64,000 nt of DNA, taken from positions 19,802 to 83,801 of the forward strand of contig JAMASS010000013.1 in assembly GCA_024761205.1 (NCBI GenBank), in the 5' to 3' direction. The translations under genes were made by a program, and so were the position numbers. The stretch is from Limisphaerales bacterium (GTDB lineage Bacteria; Verrucomicrobiota; Verrucomicrobiia; Limisphaerales; AAA164-E04). Below, piece after piece: positions 1 through 7,442 of this stretch (position 1 is the stretch's first letter; each line of letters starts with the position of its first letter). The notes below the pieces were generated by a model, which saw nothing but the letters and a program-made list of their open reading frames with translations, had not been told where the DNA came from and ran no database searches.

Positions 1-1
1 C

Positions 2-601
2 CCCGACGTTGGCGGGCTGGCGGCTTATCTTGTCAATGAAACCCATTGCGGGGGCGAAAACCAATGCCTTGCGCAGAACGAATTTTGGTTAAAAAAGATG
101 GTGGGCCGCCAATGCTGCGCCCGGCCCGAGCTGGCCAAAGAAATTTTGCAGGAAGCCTCAATTGCCCTGGTGTTCGCCTTCCGTGAATACAACCCCGTCA
201 GGGGCGCCTCGCTGCGGACCTTCGCCTTCCACAAAATCCGGGGCCGGCTCAAGGACTTCTTTCGCTTCCAGGATTCCATCGGCCAATACGTTTCCCTGGA
301 GGAGGCAATCGAAACGGACGGAGGGACGATGCGGCGGGTGGACCTGCTGCTGGAAGGCGCCCCGCCGCCGACCGACCTGGAGGTGGACGCTCACCTGATT
401 CTGGCTTGTCTGAACCTGGAAGCCGTCGTTGCTCGTCTGCCCCGGCAACAAGCACGGGCCGTGCGCCTTCGCTTTTGGGAAGACCGGACATTTTTGGAAA
501 TCGCCCGTGCCCTGCGTGTTTCGAAACCGCGAGCGCACGCGCTCGTCCAAACGGCGATTGCGACCCTTCGAAGGCAACTGCGGAAGGAGGAAATCCTCTG
601 A
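2..601 (+). CDS. Alternative sigma-70 family factor (FliA/WhiG/SigB-like regions 2 and 4), 5' end uncertain
   Basis: Region 2-like YNPVRGASLRTFAFHKIRGRLKD and region 4 HTH LPRQQARAVRLRFWEDRTFLEIARALRVSKPRAHAL. The frame is open from the window edge (nt 2); first ATG is at 98. Confidence 0.85.
   Translation, partial: PDVGGLAAYLVNETHCGGENQCLAQNEFWLKKMVGRQCCARPELAKEILQEASIALVFAFREYNPVRGASLRTFAFHKIRGRLKDFFRFQDSIGQYVSLEEAIETDGGTMRRVDLLLEGAPPPTDLEVDAHLILACLNLEAVVARLPRQQARAVRLRFWEDRTFLEIARALRVSKPRAHALVQTAIATLRRQLRKEEIL
33..594 (+). repeat. Copy A of duplicated sigma-factor segment
   Basis: Near-identical to 3374-3661 except that copy B lacks nt 144-417. Confidence 0.9.
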
Positions 602-666
602 TGTCGCCTCGCGTTTTGCGCCCGTCGTCCCCCGGTGAAAAAAAGTCCGCTGAAAATCGCCCTGAG

Positions 667-710
667 GGGGTTAACGCCGGGCCGTTTGTGGCTATAACAG
701 TAATATGGCT
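667..710 (+). promoter_or_regulatory. Putative promoter for Cys-rich peptide genes (module 1)
   Basis: TTAACG(671-676)-16 nt-TATAAC(693-698) inside GGGGTTAAC..GGCCGTT..GGCTATAACA.TAAT. Conserved with the same spacing at 3760-3803 while the flanks diverge. Confidence 0.55.
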
Positions 711-808
711 ACCGTGCGTTAACCGCCGGAAAATTTCCGAGTCGGTCCGGCGTTCGTCGATGGGTTAATGGACTGTAACGGATAATCGTTTGGAGAAAGA
801 GATAGATC

Positions 809-1060
809 ATGAAGAAACTATTTGGAAAAGCCGCCTTGGCGGCCGTGGCGACGGGCTTCGCCGTCGTCAACATCGTCGTCGCCGACAGCAGCGGCAGTGG
901 AAGCTGCAGCAACAGGTGCGAAATTCCAACCGACATTGGTGTTATGAAAGCTTGTTGCCCTTCAGAGAAGACACCGTGCTGTTTGGAATGCGAAACTGAA
1001 TTGGGAACGGACAGAATAGCTACATGCAAAACGGACGAGAGTAAGTGTGTATGTCCTTAG
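809..1060 (+). CDS. Secreted Cys-rich miniprotein 1 (10 Cys)
   Basis: Sec-type leader MKKLFGKAALAAVATGFAVVNIVVA, DSSGSGS linker, C-x3-C-x11-CC-x6-CC-x2-C-x11-C-x6-C-x-C. GGAG upstream; two paralogs in window. Confidence 0.88.
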   Translation: MKKLFGKAALAAVATGFAVVNIVVADSSGSGSCSNRCEIPTDIGVMKACCPSEKTPCCLECETELGTDRIATCKTDESKCVCP

Positions 1061-1123
1061 CTTAGGTTAAATACTTTATTTAGGTCTGCTTTCTTGGTAT
1101 TTCTTTTAACCAAAGTAAATCAT

Positions 1124-1399
1124 ATGAAGAAAAAATTATTTGGGAAAATAACTTTAGCAGTAACGGCAGTGGCCTTCGGTGTTGTTGTCAATGTGATTGC
1201 AGATGGCAGCGGCAGCGGCAGCGGATGCCCGGATGAGAATTTCTGCACTATTTCTATGCCGGGTGGCACGGGGACTTCCGGTTGTTGCGCCAAAGATGAG
1301 TCACCATGCTGCATCACTTGTGACACTGAAATGGGGCCTCGCGGGTTTGCAGGTTGCGATTCCGACGAAGATAAGTGCTCTTGTGACCGTTATGGTTAG
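1124..1399 (+). CDS. Secreted Cys-rich miniprotein 2 (10 Cys)
   Basis: Leader MKKKLFGKITLAVTAVAFGVVVNVIA, DGSGSGSG linker, C-x5-C-x12-CC-x6-CC-x2-C-x11-C-x6-C-x-C. ATG 1124 chosen by alignment to paralogs. Confidence 0.88.
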   Translation: MKKKLFGKITLAVTAVAFGVVVNVIADGSGSGSGCPDENFCTISMPGGTGTSGCCAKDESPCCITCDTEMGPRGFAGCDSDEDKCSCDRYG

Positions 1400-1479
1400 T
1401 TTAATAGATATGTCGCCTCCGCAGGAGAAAATCACCTTAAGTCCGACAGGCTGCTAGAACATTCTTTCTTTTAGATTGC

Positions 1480-2373
1480 GTGACTGAAAGACAAAAAAAG
1501 CTATTGTTCGTTGGCGTGGTTTCTGTTCTGGCAATCGTCTTTACGACGATAACCAAGTTCAGCGCAACGTGGCGAAAACAGCAGGCCATTGCAAGAGAGG
1601 AAGCACGTGAGGACAGTTGGAAGTCGGCTTCCTTTATCAACTTGACGGATTTTCAGAAGGTGGCTGGGGGTGTTGATGAGATGATGTCTAAGGGGACTAA
1701 TGTTCACCTGCTGAGCGAACAGCAGATGGTAGCTTTGAAGAGCCGAATTCGAAGTTGCTTGGATGCCTACAGTCAAGGAGATTTTGGTAAATATCTCGAT
1801 TTTCGAATGCCCTGCGGCAGAGGTATTGTGACCTTTGATGAAGCAGAGATCAAAAAATATAAGTACAATTTACCAAGCCGTGGTAAATTGCAGGAAGTCA
1901 TAGAGAAAATTCAAGCCAACAGAGACATTCCAAAAACATCGCTGAAAGAACTACAGAGATACTCTCTTTCGAATTCACTAGATGTTTGGAAATATCAATG
2001 GATTCTTGGTGGCCTCATACGCTACACAGCATCAGGAGGCAGAGTCTGGTGCACAGATTGTTGGACTGGTTTTTCCCCTGATGAGAGTTGGGTTCATATT
2101 AACGAATTACCTCAGTCAGCAGCTCAGTTGGCCAGACAGAACGGCGATTCTGGGATTTTTACATCGCCTCCAGACCTTAAACTGTCGCCACCGAGCGGAA
2201 AGACTGATTCAACCCCCAAGATGTATGCGGCCGTCCGTCTTCACATGAACACGAAACTCAAAGTATCCGCTCACCCCGTATTTGTTGTCTTTGTTTTGAC
2301 AACCAAGCCCGAGTGCTGGCAGCCAATGTCCTTCGCCTCATGTTATTATATGGGCACAAAGTATATGTTTTGA
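1480..2373 (+). CDS. Membrane-anchored partner protein 1 (unknown family, CxDC motif)
   Basis: Basic N-terminus plus a single hydrophobic helix. Motifs YSxGDF..FRMPCG, WKYxW, CxDCWxGFSP, DSTPK, LTTxPExW are shared with 2449-3342 and 4279-5190. Confidence 0.85.
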   Translation: MTERQKKLLFVGVVSVLAIVFTTITKFSATWRKQQAIAREEAREDSWKSASFINLTDFQKVAGGVDEMMSKGTNVHLLSEQQMVALKSRIRSCLDAYSQGDFGKYLDFRMPCGRGIVTFDEAEIKKYKYNLPSRGKLQEVIEKIQANRDIPKTSLKELQRYSLSNSLDVWKYQWILGGLIRYTASGGRVWCTDCWTGFSPDESWVHINELPQSAAQLARQNGDSGIFTSPPDLKLSPPSGKTDSTPKMYAAVRLHMNTKLKVSAHPVFVVFVLTTKPECWQPMSFASCYYMGTKYMF

Positions 2374-2448
2374 CTGAAGAGACGTCATGCAATGGTTCGG
2401 TCAATACAGCTTGTCTGAGAAATTTCAATGTAACCGACTTCGAAAAAG

Positions 2449-3342
2449 GTGGTGACAGAGAAACAAAAGCGGGTGTATCTGGTCGTTGGGGTGGTTGCCA
2501 TAGGCATTGGATTAATATTAATGTCCAAGTTCAAGACTGCTTGGGATGACCAACGGAACCAAAGTCTGGGTGAATCGATCGAAGAAAAGTGGGCTCTAAA
2601 ATCTCATGTAGCCCTAACCAACCTCACGAAAATAGCCCCGGCCCTTGATGGCATCTTGGCTCAGGCCAACCAACCGGCATCTTCTCAGTCCGAAGCAAAC
2701 CGCCGCACTCAAAAGTCAGATTCAAAATTGTCTGTTGACTTACAGCCTTACAGCCGGGGCGACTTCGACCAATTCGTGAAGTTCCGCATGCCTTGCGGCA
2801 AAGGCGTCAACGTGACCTTCAATCAAAATGAAGTGAAAAAATACGTGGATAATTACCTGCCAACCGTCGAAAAAATGCGCCAGAACTTCCATCAAATCCC
2901 ATCCGAACACCAAGCTGCCTTCGAAGGTTATTCTTTGGATAGCGAAATAAAAGTATGGAAATACATGTGGATTATGGCGGGCCAAATGAAATACGAAGTG
3001 TCGGGAGGCCGCGCTTTTTGCAATGATTGCTGGCTGGGGTTTTCTCCGGAACAAAGTTGGGTCAGTTTAAGCGAACTCCCCGTTTCGGCGACGCAACTGG
3101 CGAAAGAAGCCGGCCATCTTGAATTTTCGCGAGACCCGTCGGACCTAGAGTTAGCTCCTCCGCGTAGGAATCGTGATTCCACACCCAAGCTCTACGCCGC
3201 GGTTTGTTTGCATGCCAATGTCGATTCAAAATATGGCCCCCGTCCGGTATATGTCGTCTTTGTTCTGACCACCAAACCGGAAGACTGGGTGCCTATAGGT
3301 TTATCCGATGGATACTATCGCGGCATGGATTACATATTTTAA
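2449..3342 (+). CDS. Membrane-anchored partner protein 2 (internal compensated frameshift)
   Basis: Paralog of 1480-2373; residues encoded by ~2668-2748 are in a shifted frame relative to the paralogs. Confidence 0.82.
   Translation: MVTEKQKRVYLVVGVVAIGIGLILMSKFKTAWDDQRNQSLGESIEEKWALKSHVALTNLTKIAPALDGILAQANQPASSQSEANRRTQKSDSKLSVDLQPYSRGDFDQFVKFRMPCGKGVNVTFNQNEVKKYVDNYLPTVEKMRQNFHQIPSEHQAAFEGYSLDSEIKVWKYMWIMAGQMKYEVSGGRAFCNDCWLGFSPEQSWVSLSELPVSATQLAKEAGHLEFSRDPSDLELAPPRRNRDSTPKLYAAVCLHANVDSKYGPRPVYVVFVLTTKPEDWVPIGLSDGYYRGMDYIF
2717..2811 (+). repeat. Tract identical to 4543-4629 plus an 8-bp tandem duplication (TTACAGCC x2 at 2740-2755)
   Basis: Direct sequence comparison. Confidence 0.9.
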
Positions 3343-3363
3343 CCGGGCAAACAAAAGAGTGTC

Positions 3364-3692
3364 ATGCAACGCATCAATGAAACCCATTGCGGAGGCGAAA
3401 ACCAATGCCTTGCGCAGAACGAATTTTGGTTAAAAAAGATGGTGGGTCGCCAATGCCGCGCCCGGCCCGAGCTGGCCAAAGAAAGGAAGCCGTCGTTGCT
3501 CGTCTGCCCCGGCAACAAGTACGGGCCGTGCGCCTTCGCTTTTGGGAAGACCGGACATTTTTGGAAATCGCCCGTGCCCTGCGCGTTTCGAAACCGCGAG
3601 CGCACGCGCTCGTCCAAACGGCGATCGCGACCCTTCGAAGGCAGTTGCAGAAGAAGGAAATAAGGCGACTGCAGGAGGAGGGAAACCTGTGA
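3364..3692 (+). pseudogene. Sigma factor copy B, inactivated by a 274-bp internal deletion with frameshift
   Basis: Junction GAAA|GGAAGCCGTC at 3484/3485 joins copy-A nt 143 to 418; region 2 is lost. Confidence 0.9.
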
Positions 3693-3759
3693 CACTTGCC
3701 TTTGGATTTTATGCCGCCGCCCGGTCCTCCCGACGAAAAAATCAAAAATCGCTTCGAGA

Positions 3760-3803
3760 GGGGTTAACAAAAGGCCGTTGACGGCTATAACAATAATGAG
3801 GCT
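3760..3803 (+). promoter_or_regulatory. Putative promoter for Cys-rich peptide gene (module 2)
   Basis: TTAACA(3764-3769)-16 nt-TATAAC(3786-3791); homologous to 667-710. Confidence 0.55.
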
Positions 3804-3900
3804 ATCATAACGTCAACGCCGAAGATCGTCACCGAGGCGGTTTCGGTGGACGTCAGATGGGTTAATCGTCAACAAAGAAAAAAACCAAAACGTTACAACA

Positions 3901-4185
3901 ATGAAGAAACTATTTGGAAAAGCCGCCTTGGCGGCCGTGGCGATGGGCTTCGCCGTCGTCAACATCATCGCTGGTGACACTAGCGGCAGTGGAAGCTGCT
4001 GCGGTGGGTATTGCATGATAAGCGTGGATGGCAACAAGGCAGAAGCTTGTTGCCCAGCGGGCACTATCCCATGCTGCCGCAGCTGCATCGACGACGGTGG
4101 TCTTTTGGGTAAGGATGTAGTCATATTGTTTGCTACGTGCGTCGGTCCAGGGGCCACTTGCGACTGTGCTACTTTACGCATGTAG
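3901..4185 (+). CDS. Secreted Cys-rich miniprotein 3 (11 Cys)
   Basis: Leader nearly identical to peptide 1 (1 mismatch in the first 66 nt); CC-x3-C-x11-CC-x6-CC-x2-C-x17-C-x6-C-x-C. Confidence 0.88.
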   Translation: MKKLFGKAALAAVAMGFAVVNIIAGDTSGSGSCCGGYCMISVDGNKAEACCPAGTIPCCRSCIDDGGLLGKDVVILFATCVGPGATCDCATLRM

Positions 4186-4208
4186 GCAGAGGAAGGAAAT
4201 GCATTGCG

Positions 4209-4247
4209 AAGGGTGAGCTTAGAATCTATTTAAGCTCACCCTTTTAT
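4209..4247 (+). terminator. Intrinsic terminator/attenuator between peptide 3 and partner 3
   Basis: Perfect 13-bp stem AAGGGTGAGCTTA / TAAGCTCACCCTT, 9-nt loop, T-rich tail. Confidence 0.75.
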
Positions 4248-4278
4248 TAAAAACAGGTCCTATTTTACAAATCTCACT

Positions 4279-5190
4279 ATGGCAGAAAAACGAAAGAAGC
4301 TTCTTTTCGTCGGAGCAACAGCGGTGTTGGCCGTTGGTTTCTGGGGGTTGATGAAATTTGGCTCATATTGGAAATTACAGAGAGCCATCGCGCGCGTTAA
4401 GCAAACTGAGGAAAACTGGCGACAAACCTCCCTCATCAGCTTGACTAATCTTCAGGAAGTCGCCGCTTCCATCGACACCATGATGGCGCGAGGCACCAAC
4501 GTCCATCTGCTCAACCGACGGCAGACGGCTGCTTTGAAGCGGCAGATTCAAAATTGTCTGTTGACTTACAGCCGGGGCGACTTCGACCAATTCGTGAAGT
4601 TCCGCATGCCTTGCGGCAAAGGCGTCAACACTATATTCAACAAAGAGGAACTGGCAGAATACAAGCGAAGGCTTCCGACGCCTGAACGGGTTGCTCAAGT
4701 CCTTGCGGAAAACCCTTCAGGGGTTCGCGAGGAATATGGTGATGAAGTTGCTGATGAACTACGACATTATTCCCTCTCTACGCCCATGGATATCTGGAAA
4801 TACATGTGGATGACCGGAAAATCAAGGCGCTTCAAAGAATCTGGAACCAAAATTTATTGCATGGATTGTTGGACTGGCTTTTCGCCGGATCAAAGCTGGA
4901 TTACTGTCAGCGAATTACCGCTCTCGGCGTGGGTGTTGGCCGTTAGTGCCGATTACGCGGCGGTTAACAGATTTAAGTCCGACACGAAGCTGGCGCCACC
5001 GAAAGGAAACAATGACTCGACGCCCAAAATGTACGCGGTGACAAGATTGCACGTAAAAATTCCTTCTGATGATCCTGATGTTCCGCCCCATCCCTACTAT
5101 GTATTATTTGCTTTAACAACCAGGCCCGAGTGCTGGATTCCTTTATCCTTTGTAGTATCTTATGATAAAATGCCTCAGTACATATTTTGA
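4279..5190 (+). CDS. Membrane-anchored partner protein 3
   Basis: Paralog of partners 1 and 2 with all shared motifs (CMDCWTGFSP). Confidence 0.85.
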   Translation: MAEKRKKLLFVGATAVLAVGFWGLMKFGSYWKLQRAIARVKQTEENWRQTSLISLTNLQEVAASIDTMMARGTNVHLLNRRQTAALKRQIQNCLLTYSRGDFDQFVKFRMPCGKGVNTIFNKEELAEYKRRLPTPERVAQVLAENPSGVREEYGDEVADELRHYSLSTPMDIWKYMWMTGKSRRFKESGTKIYCMDCWTGFSPDQSWITVSELPLSAWVLAVSADYAAVNRFKSDTKLAPPKGNNDSTPKMYAVTRLHVKIPSDDPDVPPHPYYVLFALTTRPECWIPLSFVVSYDKMPQYIF

Positions 5191-5194
5191 CATC

Positions 5195-5656
5195 ATGCGA
5201 CGGTTGGGGCAATACAAGCCGCGGTTTTTCTCCACGTTCAAGTGGTTTATTGTCATCGGGTTGACGGGGACGGCGGTGATGAAGCTGGCCACGGCGCCGT
5301 TTGACGCCGAGTTCAATGCGCCTGACGCCGCTTTGCCCTGGTTCACTCAGAAGCAATTGCTGTTGAACGCGGCTTTGGCGGAGTTGGCGGTGGCCGCGTT
5401 GTTTCTGGCGCCTCAGTCGGCGAATTCTTGGCGTTACGGCGCTTTGTTCGTGCTTTCGACCTTGTTCCTCTGTTACCGGACCGCGCTAGCGCTGGTGGGC
5501 GCGTCCTGTTCGTGCGCGGGGAAGCTTTCGACGAATCCCTGGGTGGCCGGAGGGTTGTGGGCGTTTCTGATCGTCGCCCTGGCCGGCGGCTTGATCGGGT
5601 TGTTTCTTGACGAGGACGAGGAAGGCGCGAGGCCCGGCGCCGCTCAGGCTTCATGA
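5195..5656 (+). CDS. MauE/DoxX-like membrane protein
   Basis: About 4 TM helices, AELAVA helix, and a CSCAG motif resembling the MauE CGCFG motif. ATG 5195 lies 4 nt after the partner 3 stop. Confidence 0.65.
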   Translation: MRRLGQYKPRFFSTFKWFIVIGLTGTAVMKLATAPFDAEFNAPDAALPWFTQKQLLLNAALAELAVAALFLAPQSANSWRYGALFVLSTLFLCYRTALALVGASCSCAGKLSTNPWVAGGLWAFLIVALAGGLIGLFLDEDEEGARPGAAQAS

Positions 5657-6687
5657 AGTCCGCCGCAAAGCGGAATCTTTTTCTCTTTGGCGTTCCTGGC
5701 AAGGTGGGCGGCGCGGCCACGAAGATCAGCGCTTTGCTGCGGTTGTTGCGGGAGGATTACCGCATCACCGTGGTGTTGCCCAAGGTCCAATGGATGAAGG
5801 ACCGCTACATTCGCCGCTTGGCCGGGGAGTTGGGTTTCGCCTGCATTTTGAGGAAAAGCCTTCCGGCCCGGACGGAAGGCGATGCGCTGGCGATTTGCGA
5901 GTTGGACTTTTTCACGTCCGGGACGGCCGAGCGGGTGAAGCGGGCGGGGCTGCGGTTGTTTTGGTCCAACGAAATGATGTGGGCATTCAAGGGAGAGCGC
6001 GAGGCCGTCAGGAAAGGATGGATCGACAAGGTGTTGTTTGCGTCCGAGTTTCAAGCCCGAGAATTTGCGGAGCTTTACGCGGGCGTGCCGCAAGCGGTGA
6101 CAGGGAATTATATTTCGCCGGACGAATTTCGGTTTAAGGAGCGGCGGAATGCGGCGTTCACGATCGGCCGTTTGTCACGACCTGATCCGGTGAAGTTTCC
6201 GGCGGATTTTCCGGTCTTTTACGAAGAGCTTGGCATTGGGGACGCGCGGTTCCGCGTCATGGCGTGGGACGCCCAATTGCGAAAAATCTACTCGTGGCAT
6301 CGGTTTGACGCCCGTTGGGATCTCTTGGCGATGGAGAAGGAAGGGACGGAGAAGTTTCTGCATTCGCTGGATCTCTTCGTGTATCCGCTGGGGCATCGGT
6401 TTCTGGAGTCTTGGGGGCGTTCAACCGTCGAAGCGATGTTGACGGGGGCCATTCCCGTCGTGCCGCGCGGGCATCAGTTTCACAAGTTGCTGGTTTCGGG
6501 AGAAAGCGGATTCCTTTGCGGAGCATTCTCGGAATACTTTGATTGTGTGCGGGAACTTCACGCTAATTATCCGTTGCGGCGGCGGATGGCGGAACGGTGC
6601 CGTCGCCATGCGGTGGAGGCTTTGTGCCGAGCGGAGAGCCATCGGGAGGTCTGGCTTTCGGCGTTGGATTTTGAAGGCGGCGCATGA
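5653..6687 (+). CDS. GT-B fold glycosyltransferase (GT4/Glycos_transf_1-like)
   Basis: N-terminal VGGA; IGRLSR; LDLFVYP..ESWGRSTVEAMLTGAIPVV (E-x7-E motif). ATGA overlap with the upstream gene. Confidence 0.85.
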   Translation: MKSAAKRNLFLFGVPGKVGGAATKISALLRLLREDYRITVVLPKVQWMKDRYIRRLAGELGFACILRKSLPARTEGDALAICELDFFTSGTAERVKRAGLRLFWSNEMMWAFKGEREAVRKGWIDKVLFASEFQAREFAELYAGVPQAVTGNYISPDEFRFKERRNAAFTIGRLSRPDPVKFPADFPVFYEELGIGDARFRVMAWDAQLRKIYSWHRFDARWDLLAMEKEGTEKFLHSLDLFVYPLGHRFLESWGRSTVEAMLTGAIPVVPRGHQFHKLLVSGESGFLCGAFSEYFDCVRELHANYPLRRRMAERCRRHAVEALCRAESHREVWLSALDFEGGA

Positions 6688-7406
6688 ATTACTGTTATTG
6701 GAGCATCGGCGTGGGGCGCCGGCGGGCGTCGCTGCAAGCGTGCGTGAATTCCGCCCGGCAAGCCGGCGTTTTTCGCGAGTTTCATGTTTTCAGCGATCAC
6801 CCTCTGAAGGACTGCAACACTTATGACGCGATGACCGCGGAAGCCGTGGAAGGGATCGAGAGTTTGTTGTATATGAAGGCCGGTTTGTCCAAGCTCTCTT
6901 TCGATTGTTTTATCTGGATCGATCCGGCGAGCCGGTTTTGCCGCAATCCCAACGGCCCCTTGGCGGCGTTGAATTCCGCGCCGATTCACGTGCCGCTGGA
7001 GTTTCCGGTGGATGAGAAGCCTTCCGGATTTTCCCTGGACGGATTGGCAGCTGAAGCCTACGGCAGACTCTTTACCGAGAACGGCGTTTACAACCGGGTT
7101 TATTATGCTCGCGCCGCGTTCTGGATCGTAAAGCGGGCGGCGATCGATGCGGTGTTTGATTGGGCCAAACGGTTCATGGCCGCGGCCGAGGAAGCGGGGC
7201 ATCGCCTTGATGAACGATTCGCGATCAGTTACGTCACGCAGTTGTTAGGCGCGGATCCGGAGCGGCATACCTGGCGGCAGCGGCCGGATCTTTGGAGTCC
7301 CGATAGCGGGCCGGACGCCGCCGAGAAGGGATCCGCCATCTTTTTGGAGAAGCCGACGGAGGTGCCGGCTTTTCCTCCGCAACGAGCGGCCATTTCGTGC
7401 TTGTGA
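6684..7406 (+). CDS. Hypothetical protein, possible GT-A-fold glycosyltransferase-like
   Basis: YCYWSI N-terminal strand, FHVFSD, FIWIDP (degenerate DxD position), DERFA. ATGA overlap. Confidence 0.5.
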   Translation: MNYCYWSIGVGRRRASLQACVNSARQAGVFREFHVFSDHPLKDCNTYDAMTAEAVEGIESLLYMKAGLSKLSFDCFIWIDPASRFCRNPNGPLAALNSAPIHVPLEFPVDEKPSGFSLDGLAAEAYGRLFTENGVYNRVYYARAAFWIVKRAAIDAVFDWAKRFMAAAEEAGHRLDERFAISYVTQLLGADPERHTWRQRPDLWSPDSGPDAAEKGSAIFLEKPTEVPAFPPQRAAISCL

Positions 7407-7442
7407 ATGGGAATCGTCAATGGCGGGTTGAAAGGAAGCTTT

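Noticed and set aside
809-4185. Peptides as methylamine dehydrogenase small subunits (given the MauE-like neighbour)
   Set aside because: None contains Trp for a TTQ cofactor, the leaders are not Tat-type, and no MauB, MauD or MauG is visible
809-4185. Direct homology to granulins, hydrophobins or conotoxins
   Set aside because: Cys spacing (10 Cys, two CC doublets, terminal CxC) does not match the granulin or hydrophobin patterns; the resemblance is only architectural
809-5190. Diversity-generating retroelement as the source of variation
   Set aside because: No reverse transcriptase in the window and no TR/VR pair differing specifically at adenines
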